In this document: in pieces, positions 24,201 to 35,520 of the stretch | How the letters are laid out: the number at the start of each line of letters is the position of its first letter | How positions within the stretch are numbered: position 1 is the first letter of the stretch | Source of the DNA: Macrostomum lignano | Lineage: Eukaryota | Length of the DNA stretch: 64,000 nucleotides | Assembly: GCA_002269645.1 (NCBI GenBank) | Contig: NIVC01000573.1 | Location: forward strand, 372,001-436,000 | Direction: 5' to 3' | Position numbers and translations under genes: made by a program | Notes under the pieces: model-generated | Database searches by the model: none | The model's input: only the letters and a program-made list of their open reading frames with translations | What the model was told of the DNA's origin: nothing

Positions 24201-26099
24201 TTTGACCCACACGGACTTGAACTTGGCCGGTCATCTGTCACCTGGCCAAACACTTGCCCGGACCCAGTACACAACTTCTGGTTCCCGGAGCTCGACCGTC
24301 GTCTCTTGATCCCCGGATCGCGACTCCCCCCATCATCATCAAGGACGAATTCCCCCGGTCGTCAGCAGCGAACATCAAGATTAAGAACATCACCTGCTAG
24401 CTATTTGCGAAGACTGTGACATCATCATCCCGGGCCTACAGCTGCGAAGCACTAAGCGGATTCGGTCACTTACCTGGTCTCCGGCTGTTGAGTTTCTGAT
24501 TGCAGGTTGGGTGAGAGGCTACCTAGACTTGCTTGATCGGGTGTTCCTTTGTCTGTCCCCTATTTCAGTAGCTGGATTAGGCGCACACTTTTGTTCATTT
24601 TGTTCAGTAGTGCTGTTATCTAGGCAGAAATCACTTAAAAATTACTGTTAGTAGTCTGATTGCGCCCATTCTGTCTGAAGTGTGAAGTGATTCAGGGAGA
24701 AGGTAAATCTGACAGCTATTTTTATCGGTTTTATTTCTTTGTTCGCCGATGGCTCAGATGAGTAGCTAAGCTAGTAGGCACCGGTCGCAGTGGACCAATG
24801 GCAAGGCAGTTCTCAGTCGATCAATCTATCAAATCAGTTATCAAAGTTGCCAATAGTGCAGAATCGGCGCTAGAGATGTACTTTTTGAACTCTAGATTGG
24901 CCAAGCGGCTCAGGTTAATGAATCATGCGGTCTCTGATGTTCGAGTTAGCCTATCATCAGCGCTAGGAGAGGCTGGTTGGCGCGTTGAAGGCCAAAAGTA
25001 CATTTCTCGTATTTAGCAATGTAATAGTACATAGTAGCTACCCCATTGTCTCGCCACTGCAAGAATCCCCTGCACAAGTCCCCTCTGTACCTGCATGGCC
25101 AATGCGATCAAGTCCCAGCAGAGTCCCCTCCCTTATCATCGGCTATGACTTCGAGATTGACAGCAAAGACACTAGTTGGCAGGTAAGTGCTAAGCCCCCT
25201 CTAGTCGGAAGCCCGATTTCGAAAGTCCCGGTTTGGTGAGCCAGGACGCACGGGCTGGTGGCAGCGGGTTAGTTAATCTGCGGATTAGCTGATCTCTACC
25301 TTCGAAATTCTCCCTGCTTGTCTCTCGCTGTCCCTCTCTTAGCTATAGGACCTAGACTGCTCGCCACAGATCAAGCTACCATGGGGCTGACCATCTGACA
25401 GGAGTGGGGGGCCAGGACTCTAATGGATTCATTTCTGAGACCTGAGGCCCGAAGGCTTCCCGCAAGGGGGCAAGGGGCTTCCAGCAAGGGAAGAAGGTGA
25501 CGTGATGTGATGGGGAGCACCCCAACTGCCAGCCGGAAAACTGCCAGCCGACAACTGCTAGCCGAAAACTGCCAGTCGACAACTGCCAGTCCACAAGTTC
25601 TAGCTAATTGAATCTACTGTAGCCTACTTATTAGCTAAGTAAGCACGAAACTGTTTGGCTAGCAAAAGGCTTGTGGGGTAGCATTAAATGTCGCCCTTCC
25701 CTTCCCTATTTTTTCAGATTTCCATTAGAAGTATATATGTGAAGGAGAAGGCATTCTGTAATGCCTATTGTAAATATTTTTGTATTGAAAGTTCATTTAC
25801 TTTATTATTAAATTTGCGATTGCGATTGCTATATGACGCAATCCTAGAAAAGTCTATTGAATTACTTTACTTAAATAAAGCTTTCAAAGAAAGAGCAAAG
25901 GCTACCTAAAATACGAAATTTGAACCAAGATGTTCGTGCAGGAGCCGAAAGTTGCCAGCTCTGATAATTCGCGCACATGCCGCACAAGCTTACAAACTTT
26001 TGTTGGCGATAAAACAAAACAACTTGTAGCTGGGCTAACTGATTTCTGTAACAATGCAACCTGTTTTTGCTGAATAATTAACTAATTTAATAAATAGTA

Positions 26100-27409
26100 C
26101 GAGGGTCACTCAGAAAGTCTTTAGCCTGAGTAGGATCCACGAGACGTAGAAGCATGAAATTTGTCTATGGTAAAGACCAACTTTTAAAAGTATCGCAGCA
26201 AAAATTTTAAACAGAAGCAGCCACTTTTGAGTCCACTGCAGCGAGTTAAAGTCAGTTCACCCCCTGAGTTCTTCAATTCAACAATGAAGCTGGAAAATCG
26301 CGACTTCAGAGCAATGATGTACCTGCACTTCAAGCAAGGCAAGTCGCCGGCCGAATCGTATCAAACTTTACAGAACGTTTTCACCCATGTATGTCCTTCA
26401 TACGCAACCGTCAAAAACTGGTTCGCTGAGTTTCGCCGAGGTCGAGAAAGCCTCGAAGATGAACATCGATCCGGGAGACCCTGTGACGCAGTGACTCCAG
26501 AAAATATCTGCGCTGTGTCCAGCATGATTGCCGCTGACCGGCGAGTGACCTACCAGCAGATCCAGCAGGAGATCGGTATTGGATCGGGGAGTGTGCACGC
26601 CATTATGCACGAACACCTTGGAGTGCGGAAGCTGGCTTCCCGGTGGATCCCCCATCAGCTGTCGGACGTGCAGAAGGACACCAGGGTGGCTTGGTGCCGA
26701 TTCATGCTGCAGAAATTCGAATCCGGGACCAGCCGGCGTATCTGGGACATCCTCACGGGCGATGAGACCTGGATTTATCAATACGACCCCGAAAGCAAGC
26801 GCCAGTCAGCCATGTGGACCTTTGGAGACGAGGACAGCCCCACAAAGTTTCGACGCAGCCGGAGTGTCGGCAAGCAGATGGTGGCCTGTTTCTTCATGCG
26901 CACTGGGCATGTGGCTTCCGTTTCACTTGAAGATCGCCAGACAGTCACCGCTGACTGGTACACAACGGTTTGCCTGCCCAAGGTCTTTTCTGCTGTGAGC
27001 CAGAGGCGCCCAAGGTGCGGAATGCGTGGGGTGCTTCTGCACCACGACAACGCCAGCGCGCACACGGCGGCTCAAACTCTGGAGTTTCTGGCTGACTGTG
27101 GGGTCCAGCTGATGACTCACCCTGCTTACAGTCCAGACCTGGCACCGTGCGACTTTTTTCTGTTTCCGAAGTGCAAGGAGATTCTGAAGGGCCAGGTTTT
27201 TTCTTCACCGGAAGAAGCTGTAAATGAGTTCAAAAACATCATCGAGGAGCTCCGGGATGAGGATTGGCGGCATTGCTTCGACAGCTGGTTTCACAGGATG
27301 CAAGCCTGTATCAATGCCGGTGGAGAGTATTTTGAGCACTTGTAGTCGTTTTTTAGTTCATTTGTTGCTGTTTTCTTGTTCAGGCTGAGAACTTTCTGAG
27401 TGACCCTCG
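26100..27409 (+). mobile_element. Full-length mariner DNA transposon, 1310 bp
   Basis: 30-bp TIRs (27/30 identical, CGAGGGTCACTCAGAAAGT...), TA duplication at 26098-26099 and 27410-27411, and a single intact transposase ORF. Confidence 0.97.
26284..27345 (+). CDS. Mariner transposase, DD34D, 353 aa, uninterrupted
   Basis: Motifs WIPHQL, TGDETW, LLHHDNA and HPAYSPDLAPCDFFLF, with 34 residues between the second and third Asp. ATG at 26284. Confidence 0.97.
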   Translation: MKLENRDFRAMMYLHFKQGKSPAESYQTLQNVFTHVCPSYATVKNWFAEFRRGRESLEDEHRSGRPCDAVTPENICAVSSMIAADRRVTYQQIQQEIGIGSGSVHAIMHEHLGVRKLASRWIPHQLSDVQKDTRVAWCRFMLQKFESGTSRRIWDILTGDETWIYQYDPESKRQSAMWTFGDEDSPTKFRRSRSVGKQMVACFFMRTGHVASVSLEDRQTVTADWYTTVCLPKVFSAVSQRRPRCGMRGVLLHHDNASAHTAAQTLEFLADCGVQLMTHPAYSPDLAPCDFFLFPKCKEILKGQVFSSPEEAVNEFKNIIEELRDEDWRHCFDSWFHRMQACINAGGEYFEHL

Positions 27410-29251
27410 TAAACAAAGCTGTCTACTTTCTAGCCAGATCCTGAATGCCATATTGCGGAAGGTGTAGTATACGCCGGACGCCGGAAATCCGGCGTACAAA
27501 CGTTTTGTCTGGCGTACATCTAGCGTTTTTCTCGCTGGCAGTTTTCTCGGCTGGCAATTGTCGACTGGCAATTGTCGACTGGCAGTTGTCGGCTGGCAAT
27601 TGTCGACTGGCAGTTGTCGGCTGGCAATTGTCGACTGGCAGTTGTCGACTGGCAATTGTCGACTGGCAGTTGTCGGCTGGCAATTGTCGACTGGCAGTTG
27701 TCGGCTGGCAGTTGTCGGCTGGCAATTGTCGGCTGGCAATTGTCGACTGGCAGTTGTCGACTGGCAATTGTCAACTGGCAGTTGTCGGCTGGCAGTTTTC
27801 CAGCTGGCAGTTTTCTCGGCTGGCAATTGTCAGCTGGCAGTTGTCGGCTGGCAGTTGTCGGCTGGCAATTGTCGGCTGGCAATTGTCGGCTGGCAATTGT
27901 CGGCTGGCAGTTGTCGGCTGGCAGTTGGGGTGGACGTGATGTGATGCACCGCAGTCTCCTAGCTCCCATATGCCACAGAAAAGACAATTGCGCATTGGAG
28001 GGCATCCGCGGTTTGCAACGATCGAGAGATGTGTCTCTGAAAGTAGAAATTTTATCCAAATTTTACTTTTAAAAAATTAAATCGGAGAATGATTTGCTTT
28101 TAATCAACTTTTTTTGCGTTTCAGTTTGTCTGATAAGCTTCAAATTGGAAGTACAAATATGATTACATGTAAATAATTAAGGTTTCAAGTGCTATATGCA
28201 TCGCTAATATACATATACATAATAATATACATAAGCTTATAGGACAAGTTCCACAAGGTCCAAGGAGGATTAATACAAACGTAATTAGACTACATGTAAG
28301 TGTACTTGAAGTACATAAGATACACGCGTATAGCATGTACGGCACAGGAATCCATAGACTGACCAAGACTCGGGCTTAAGGGAGTCGAGAGTCCAAAACA
28401 AAGAATTGTCACCACCTGGTCAGAAACTTAGAGTTTATGTCGTTGTCTTAATCCACAAATATTAGACCCATACATGTAAGGGACGCAGTAGTATAGATTA
28501 AATCGTTTTTTAATTTAAATGTACATATAAATCAGGTAATGACTCTAGCCTGCAACAAAATGAAGACGGGGGACCGGCCGCTTTTACTTGAACCGATTCG
28601 TTATTTTATTTACACGAATCGTGAGCCATAACTGCAGTCGCGAGCGGAAACTCTGCTGCTAAAAAATGAGCAATCGTTATAGCTCTGTACAATATCACTG
28701 CTCAAGCAGCAGCCACCTTAATGCAAATTCTGCAGCTGTCTCACGAGACCAAAATAATTTGCGCGTCTAAACTCAGCTGCGGGTGAGGTGCAGCCCCGGC
28801 CCCTACAATGATGGGGGTCGCAATCGAAACGAGATGAAAAAATAACAACCAGAGACTATGGAGTTCGGACTCTGTGTGAGTTTTCCGTCTTTAACTATTC
28901 TAAACTCGGTTGAGCACATGGTCGCTAGCTGAATTGCTTATGACAGGCCAAGTCATTGTCTATGCATGAAGGCTCTATGGGTGATGAGGGAGAGAGGCTG
29001 ACAATGCGCCGAATAGCTTGAGTACACACAAGAGAACTTGGCTTGACAGCAAGCAGCCTCTCTTCAGAAGCACATGCCGTAGCAGATCTCTTCTCTATTC
29101 ACGTGTCTGAGGCAAGGCTAATTTCTGCCCTGCTCAAATATATCAAATATAAAACCCTTCCAGTTTCTAGCTGAGGACTGAGGCGAGGCCCTTCTTAGAA
29201 CTGCTCTATAAGCTGAAGGCAGATTAACAATTTCAACGCACTCCGCACAAA

Positions 29252-29978
29252 ATGAGCAAACTGGCACTCTACGGTCTGCTGCTTCTGGCGCTGGTAGCAG
29301 CCACACTGGCTGCTCCGGCTTACGACGATGCGGAGAGCTCCGACGGTGAGTCTGAGACATGATGATAGCTCTAACAAATGGAAGCTGAAGCTAGGACCAC
29401 TTTCACGATTCCACATGGAAACGAATTCCAGATCTTCAATGCCGCATGCGACCCGAAAAGCCTCTCTATCCGGCCCTCGGGGTCCTTTTGAAACTTCACA
29501 AAAGCAATCCGGCCCGCTCAAAGTTGCGTCTCTTCTCAGCTCTCCTCTCTCTTCATCGATTTCATTCCTCCTCTCGTCTCGTCTCGTCTCTTCACCTTCC
29601 CTCATCTCTCCTTTCTCCCATGCATCTCTTTTCTCTCCCAGTTTGCCGACCCCTGCCCCAAGAGTAATTTTTCCTCTACAACTGGATTCGAAATTGAATG
29701 TACTTGAAAGTCTCAACCGCGGACACCCGGTTTTGCAGACGAGGACACGGCCGACTGGCTGGATGACCTGATTGACAAGCGCGGCTTTGGAGCCGCCGGT
29801 CGCAAGGGTCACTTCGTCTCTGGGCCGCACAGGTAGGGCCAAAATTATCCCTTCTCCTTGTAAGGGAAATTTAAATTTATATAAATATAAATTTCAACTG
29901 CTGTGTGCCGATTTCAGGAGGTGCCTGCACTACAAGTTCGGCAAGCACGGCCTGTACTGCGCCAAGTATTCCAGCTAG
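29252..29978 (+). CDS. Secreted prepropeptide A, 82 aa; exons 29252-29345, 29739-29832, 29918-29978
   Basis: MSKLALYGLLLLALVAATLA-APAYDDAESSDDEDTADWLDDLID-KR-GFGAAGRKGHFVSGPHRRCLHYKFGKHGLYCAKYSS*. Splice sites G|GTGAGT, TTTTGCAG|, AG|GTAGGG and ATTTCAG| join in frame (phases 1, 2). GC-rich codon usage matches the other genes. ATTAAA at 30149. Confidence 0.85.
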
Positions 29979-30861
29979 AAGTGCTCAGGGCAGCCAGGAA
30001 TAGATATTTTGTTCTTTTATGCTCTCCTATAGCTGCATGCTTAATTTTTCTTATCGATTTTTTTATCTTGGTTTCCTCACTGAAATTCTTTATATAACTT
30101 TCTCTTTTTTAAATAACAATAGACAGCATTCATCTTAGCTGTTCAGATATTAAAATAACAAATACATAAACTAATTTGAAATGTGTATTTATCTGAAGAA
30201 GATAACTACTTCAAAGTTACTTCTTAGTACATGTAGTACACTAGATTTGTTACTATACTAAGTCATGGAGAGATATGCATGGCAAATGATGTTTAAAGCA
30301 AAAAAGCATCAATCCCCGAAAGCCAGCTGTCTAGCCTAAGGCATCAGCATCCCCTGTGAGCTTTTGGCTTCAAAAGCCGCTCTTTACGAGTATGCCATGG
30401 CTTAACCCAAACTCTCCCTTTGATTTACCTTTGGCTTGGCCTACTAATAACTTCCAATTGGCTCTTGGCATCTCAACAACCCCCCACCCCCAACAGCCAC
30501 AGGATTTCAGTAATTCCCCTATGAGCCTTGACAGCTCAGAAATTCTTCACATTTTGGTTGACATGGTGTTTCTTTTTCTTTCTATGAGTTGTCTTCACCT
30601 TAAAAACGCTTAAAAATGAAAAGGCTAATGAAAGACCCATGAAACGATAAAAACAAGCTAACTAACATAACTTTTGTTTTTTGTTTTAAGGTTAGTACAG
30701 GTTTGGTTGGGTTAGGTTTTAGGTTAGGTTTTTCTTAGGTTAGGTTTATGCTCAATAATCTTCGCGTGTTCAGAAATACTTGAGTAAATAGATCAGTTTT
30801 ACTCAAACCTTCTTGATAAATGGGCAGGTTTGAGTTAGCAGTCTGGCATGCAGCCGCGGCT

Positions 30862-33800
30862 TCAGGCGCAGCTCCCGGTGCTCAGCTGCCGGATCGCCAC
30901 GAGTCCCTCCTCGCCGTTGCGCCCGTCGTTCGAGATGCCAACGCAGCCACTGCCGGCGCAGAACGAGCCGCCGCCGCCGCCAGTGTTTTCGTAGGTCGCA
31001 GCCCCCGCTCCGCCGCTGTAGCCACCGCCTCCGCCGCCGGCACCGCAGCTGCTTGTGAAGCCAAAGGCACCGCCGCCGCCACCACCAAAGCCGCCGTCGG
31101 TGCCGGCGTAGCCGCGGCCGCCGACCCATCCTTCGGCGCGGCCGCCGCCGCCCTCGCCGCACCTGTCCTCACGTCGAGTCGAGTTGGCGCCGCTCAGCCA
31201 GCCGGCACCTGGGCCGCCGTAGTAGCCACTGGCAGCAGAGTTCGAAGGCCCGGGCTGGCCGAGAACGCCTCCCGGAGGGTTCTTGTCGGGGTGCGTGCCG
31301 GTACCGTTCTCTCCAGCTTGTCCCGAATAGGCTGCAGGGGCGAAGGGGACAATCATGGTTGCCTGAGTCTTGGCAGAGTGTAAAAATCGAGCCAGAAGGA
31401 CTCAGGCTCAACTCCAGAGGGATGGCTCTCAAAGTACCGTGTGTACTTGTCTGACAATGAGAAAGCTATCGCATTTGTACGCTGGGTGTTGTGGTCTGCG
31501 TGCGTGCTGCAGTCTGCATGTGTGCTGCAGTCTGCATGTTTGCTGCAGTCTGCATGTGTGCTGCAGTCTGCATGTGTGCTGCAGTCTGCATGTGTGCTGC
31601 AGTCTGCATGTGTGCTGCAGTCTGCATGTGTGCTGCAGTCTGCATGTGTGCTACAGTCTGCATGTGTGCTGCAGTCTGCATGTGTGCTGCAGTCTGCATG
31701 TGTGCTACAGTCTGCATGTGTGCTGCAGTCTGCATGTGTGCTGCAGTCTGCATGTTTGCTGCAGTCTGCATGTGTGCTGCAGTCTGCATGTGTGCTGCAG
31801 TCTGCATGTGTGCTGCAGTCTGCATGTGTGCTGCAGTCTGCATGTGTGCTGCAGTCTGCATGTGTGCTGCAGTCTGCATGTTTGCTGCAGTCTGCATGTG
31901 TGCTGCAGTCTGCATGTGTGCTGCAGTCTGCATGTGTGCTGCAGTCTGCATGTTTGCTGCAGTCTGCATGTGTGCTGCAGTCTGCATGTGTGCTGCAGTC
32001 TGCATGTGTGCTGCAGTCTGCATGTGTGCTGCAGTCTGCATGTTTGCTGCAGTCTGCATGTGTGCTGCAGTCTGCATGTGTGCTGCAGTCTGCATGTGTG
32101 CTGCAGTCTGCATGTGTGCTGCAGTCTGCATGTTTGCTGCAGTCTACATGTTTGCTGCAGTCTGCATGTGTGCTGCAGTCTGCATGTTTGCTGCAGTCTG
32201 CATGTTTGCTGCAGTCTGCATGTGTGCTGCAGTCTGCATGTTTGCTGCAGTCTACATGTTTGCTGCAGTCTGCATGTGTGCTGCAGTCTGCATGTGTGCT
32301 GCAGTCTGCATGTGTGCTGCAGTCTGCATGTGTGCTGCAGTCTGCATGTTTGCTGCAGTCTACATGTTTTCTGCAGTCTGCATGTGTGCTGCAGTCTGCA
32401 TGTGTGCTGCAGTCTGCATGTTTGCTGCAGTCTGCATGTGTGCTGCAGTCTGCATGTGTGCTGCAGTCTGCATGTGTGCTGCAGTCTGCATGTGTGCTGC
32501 AGTCTGCATGTGTGCTGCAGTCTGCATGTGTGCTGCAGTCTGCATGTTTGCTGCAGTCTGCATGTGTGCTGCAGTCTGCATGTGTGCTGCAGTCTGCATG
32601 TGTGCTGCAGTCTGCATGTGTGCTGCAGTCTGCATGTTTGCTGCAGTCTGCATGTGTGCTGCAGTCTGCATGTGTGCTGCAGTCTGCATGTGTGCTGTAG
32701 TCTGCATGTGTGCTGCAGTCTGCATGTTTGCTGCAGTCTGCATGTGTGCTGCAGTCTGCATGTGTGCTGCAGTCTGCATGTGTGCTGCAGTCTGCATGTG
32801 TGCTGCAGTCTGCATGTTTGCTGCAGTCTACATGTTTGCTGCAGTCTGCATGTGTGCTGCAGTCTGCACGTGTGCTGCAGCTTACAAAGGAAAGGACAAG
32901 ACGAGCCGCCGCTGCCCCCAGCAGCCAGGTACAGAAACCCGTCGCCGGTGCCGTACACGAAGGAGCCGCCGCCCCCGGCCCCACCGCCATTGGAAACTCC
33001 GGGTTGGCCGCTCTGCCCGACCACAATGGACAGGTGCGTGCCCGCGGCGAGGCTGAAGTTGCCAGCCATCCAGGCGCCTTTGTTCGCTGCTTTGCCCCCT
33101 GAAGAGCCGCCTTTGGCGCCCAACGCCTCGATTCGGTAGCAGCCGGCGACGGTCACCACGGCCTGCTGGACAGAGCCGTTCCGCCCGGTGCCGCTCACTG
33201 CAAGTGAAAATTATCACCATCACCCTTAAGCACTTCTAGTCAGCCGAAGCAGCAAACAATGTTACATGTACTTTTGTTTGATTTAAAGAAGTAAAAATGA
33301 ATTTAGTCGCAGTCTGAATTTTCCCTGCCGCTTCCTCCATCAGCAACCAAAATAGTTTCATGTTGTGGTCGAATACCGACTCACCATTTTACTCACCATT
33401 GAAATTCATTTTAGAGCAATTTTATGATTTCAGAGCCGTTTTACCCACTGGCCACCATTGGACTTGATTTCAGAGCCGTTTTACCCACTGGCCACCATTG
33501 AACTTGATTTCAGAGCCGTTTTACCCACTGGCCACCATTGGTCTTGATTTCAGAGCCGTTTTACCCACTGGCCACCATTGAACTTGATTTCAGAGCCGTT
33601 TTACCCACTGGCCACCACCATTGGACTTGATTTCAGAGCCGTTTTACCCACTGGCCACCATTGAACTTGATTTCAGAGCCGTTTTACCCACTGGCCACCA
33701 CCATTGGACTTGATTTCAGAGCCGTTTTACCCACTGGCCACCATTGAACTTAATTTCAGAGCCGTTTTACCCACTGGCCACCACCATTGGACTTGATTTC

Positions 33801-35031
33801 AGAGCCTGTTTACTCACCATTGGACTTGATTTCAGAGCCTGTTTACTCACCATTGAACTTGATTTCAGAGCCGTTCACCGCCGTAAAAAGCGAGCTCGAG
33901 GCAGCTGAAAATGATGACGATGAAAATTAACTCGCGTCAGTTCCGTAGTATAATGTGTAGACAGAGCGCATATCATTTGCAACACGAAGTCAAAGTCCTG
34001 AGCGCCACAGCTCATACACACGCTCACGCAGGGCCTGAAAGACCTGACTTTCTAATCTTAAGGCATGTCCACTCCCTGTGCCTTGTGGGTTGGCCCTCAT
34101 GGCTGTGACCATCGAGCTGCTGCTCTGCCCCCTCACACACCCTCAAGCTGCTCTCCACATTCAGAAATCGTTCTCAATGGTTACATTTTTTATCATGTAA
34201 CGCAATAAAACCTGAGATTTAAGCCTGAGCGTCTATAAAATTTACAAAATCTCACTTGGCTCGACAGCCATTCGCAGCTGCTCAATCCTTTCTCCAAAAT
34301 CTTCTGCCAGCCACAGCTCATCGCCCGGCTCGGCTCCCAGTTGCCTGGTCACGTGACTGCCGGCCGGTCCAGGCGACTGCAGCAGCCGCAGCACCCGGCA
34401 GAGGCTGCGGTTGCCGCTGAGGACGGCGGCGACGCACCCGGACAGCTGGCTGCAGCGATGGGCGCAGTAAATGCGCGACATGTTGAGCTCTGAGAAGCTG
34501 AGCAGCTCGCTGCTGCTTGAGTTGTCCAGCTGGACTGGCTTGGAGAGTTTGAACAGCCGCTCTGGGGCTTCCGCTGCCAGCAGCTGGCTTGCGGACTCGA
34601 CCAGGAGAATAAAAAGCGGCACTGGCGGCGGTAGAGCAGAGTGAATTGATGAGCTCGTTGCCAAGGCAGTCAGCAGGCACTCAGCAGGTAGTCAGCAGGC
34701 AGTCAGCAGGCAGTCAGCAGGCAGTCAGCAGGTAGACAGCAGGCAGTCAGCAGGCAGTAAGCAGGCACTCAGCAGGTACTCAGCAGGCAGTCAGCAGGCA
34801 GTCAGCAGGCAGTCAGCAGGCAGTCAGCAGGCAGTCAGCAGGCACTCAGCAGGTACTCAGCAGGCAGTCAGCAGGCACTCAGCAGGCAGTCAGCAGGCAG
34901 TCAGCAGGCAGTCAGCAGGCAGTCAGCAGGCACTCAGCAGGTACTCAGCAGGCAGTCAGCAGGCACTCAGCATGTAAAGACAGACAAGTTAGGCACATAA
35001 GCAGCATTTGCTTACCGGCTAGCCAGAACAT
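30862..35031 (-). CDS. Secreted protein with PAN/Apple-like domain plus ALK/LTK-type glycine-rich domain, 387 aa; exons 35031-35016, 34621-34256, 33197-32886, 31331-30862
   Basis: Signal peptide MFWLA|VPLFILLVESASQLLA. PAN-like Cys pattern CAHRCSQLSGC...LCRVL. Gly-rich domain motifs GCYRIEALGAKGG, LSIVVGQSG, GGGGSFV, LAAGGSGG, GGFGGGGG, GGGGGYSGG and GGGGSF. All introns are phase 1 GT-AG and the frame stays open. Confidence 0.82.
31495..32880. repeat. 18-bp minisatellite (GCTGCAGTCTGCATGTGT), about 77 copies, intron 3 of the PAN/Gly-rich gene
   Basis: Tandem periodicity; begins immediately after the GTAAG donor on the - strand. Confidence 0.97.
33425..33870. repeat. 40/43-bp minisatellite (GATTTCAGAGCCGTTTTACCCACTGGCCACCATTGGACTT), intron 2 of the PAN/Gly-rich gene
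   Basis: About 11 tandem units, some with an extra CAC. Confidence 0.93.
34665..34970. repeat. 11-bp minisatellite (GCAGTCAGCAG), intron 1 of the PAN/Gly-rich gene
   Basis: Tandem periodicity. Confidence 0.93.
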
Positions 35032-35520
35032 TCCGACATGAATTCCAGTCCTTAATCAGCTTAGATTCCCAGAGGCTTTCAGTCTCAAAAATTCGCTGGC
35101 TTCAGCTCAGACCCGCAGGTATTTTATGTATTCATTTCTATCCAGAAGTTGCCATGGCAACAATCACAAACAGCCAAACTCTATGTAAAGATGAATGGGG
35201 AAAGCTATCGTGGAAAATCCAGCAGAAATCGATGATTTGATCAACGCTTTTTCCCCCGAGTCCTCAACATCAAGGACGCCGACCCGCGGCTTGTTCAGCC
35301 CAGGCTATCTTCTTCAAGCCATCTTTAAGCGCTTGGTGAACGCTTTGCTGCCCCCATGGCGCTCCTCTGCTATCTGATGCCGCTTGCTAGACAGAGGAAA
35401 CCCATGGGTATTTATAGTTATTTCATTGTTTCGCTTTTTCATGAGGCCAATCTGCTCAAAACGGTTTAAATTATACATTTTAGCAAAAAAACATCGTCTA
35501 TTTTTAACAAAATAGCGTTA

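Larger units (their letters stand above)
25518..27932. mobile_element. Foldback-like element with inverted arms of 15-bp CTGGCAGTTGTCGG repeats, hosting a mariner insertion
   Basis: Left end CACCCCAACTGCCAGCCG and right end CGGCTGGCAGTTGGGGTG. Short left arm (25518-25590), long right arm (27535-27932). The direct repeat GACGTGATGTGATG lies at 25499-25512 and 27933-27946. Confidence 0.7.

Noticed and set aside
31353-33139. Cys/His-rich repeat proteins (CSTHAD, CCSLHV, LQHTCR) resembling metallothioneins
   Set aside because: All six frames are open because of the 18-bp repeat, and the array lies between a valid donor (32885) and acceptor (31332), so it is intronic.
30862-33197. Bacterial PE-PGRS-like gene or horizontal transfer
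   Set aside because: It has spliceosomal introns, a eukaryotic signal peptide and host-like codon usage. The Gly pattern fits the ALK/LTK-type domain.
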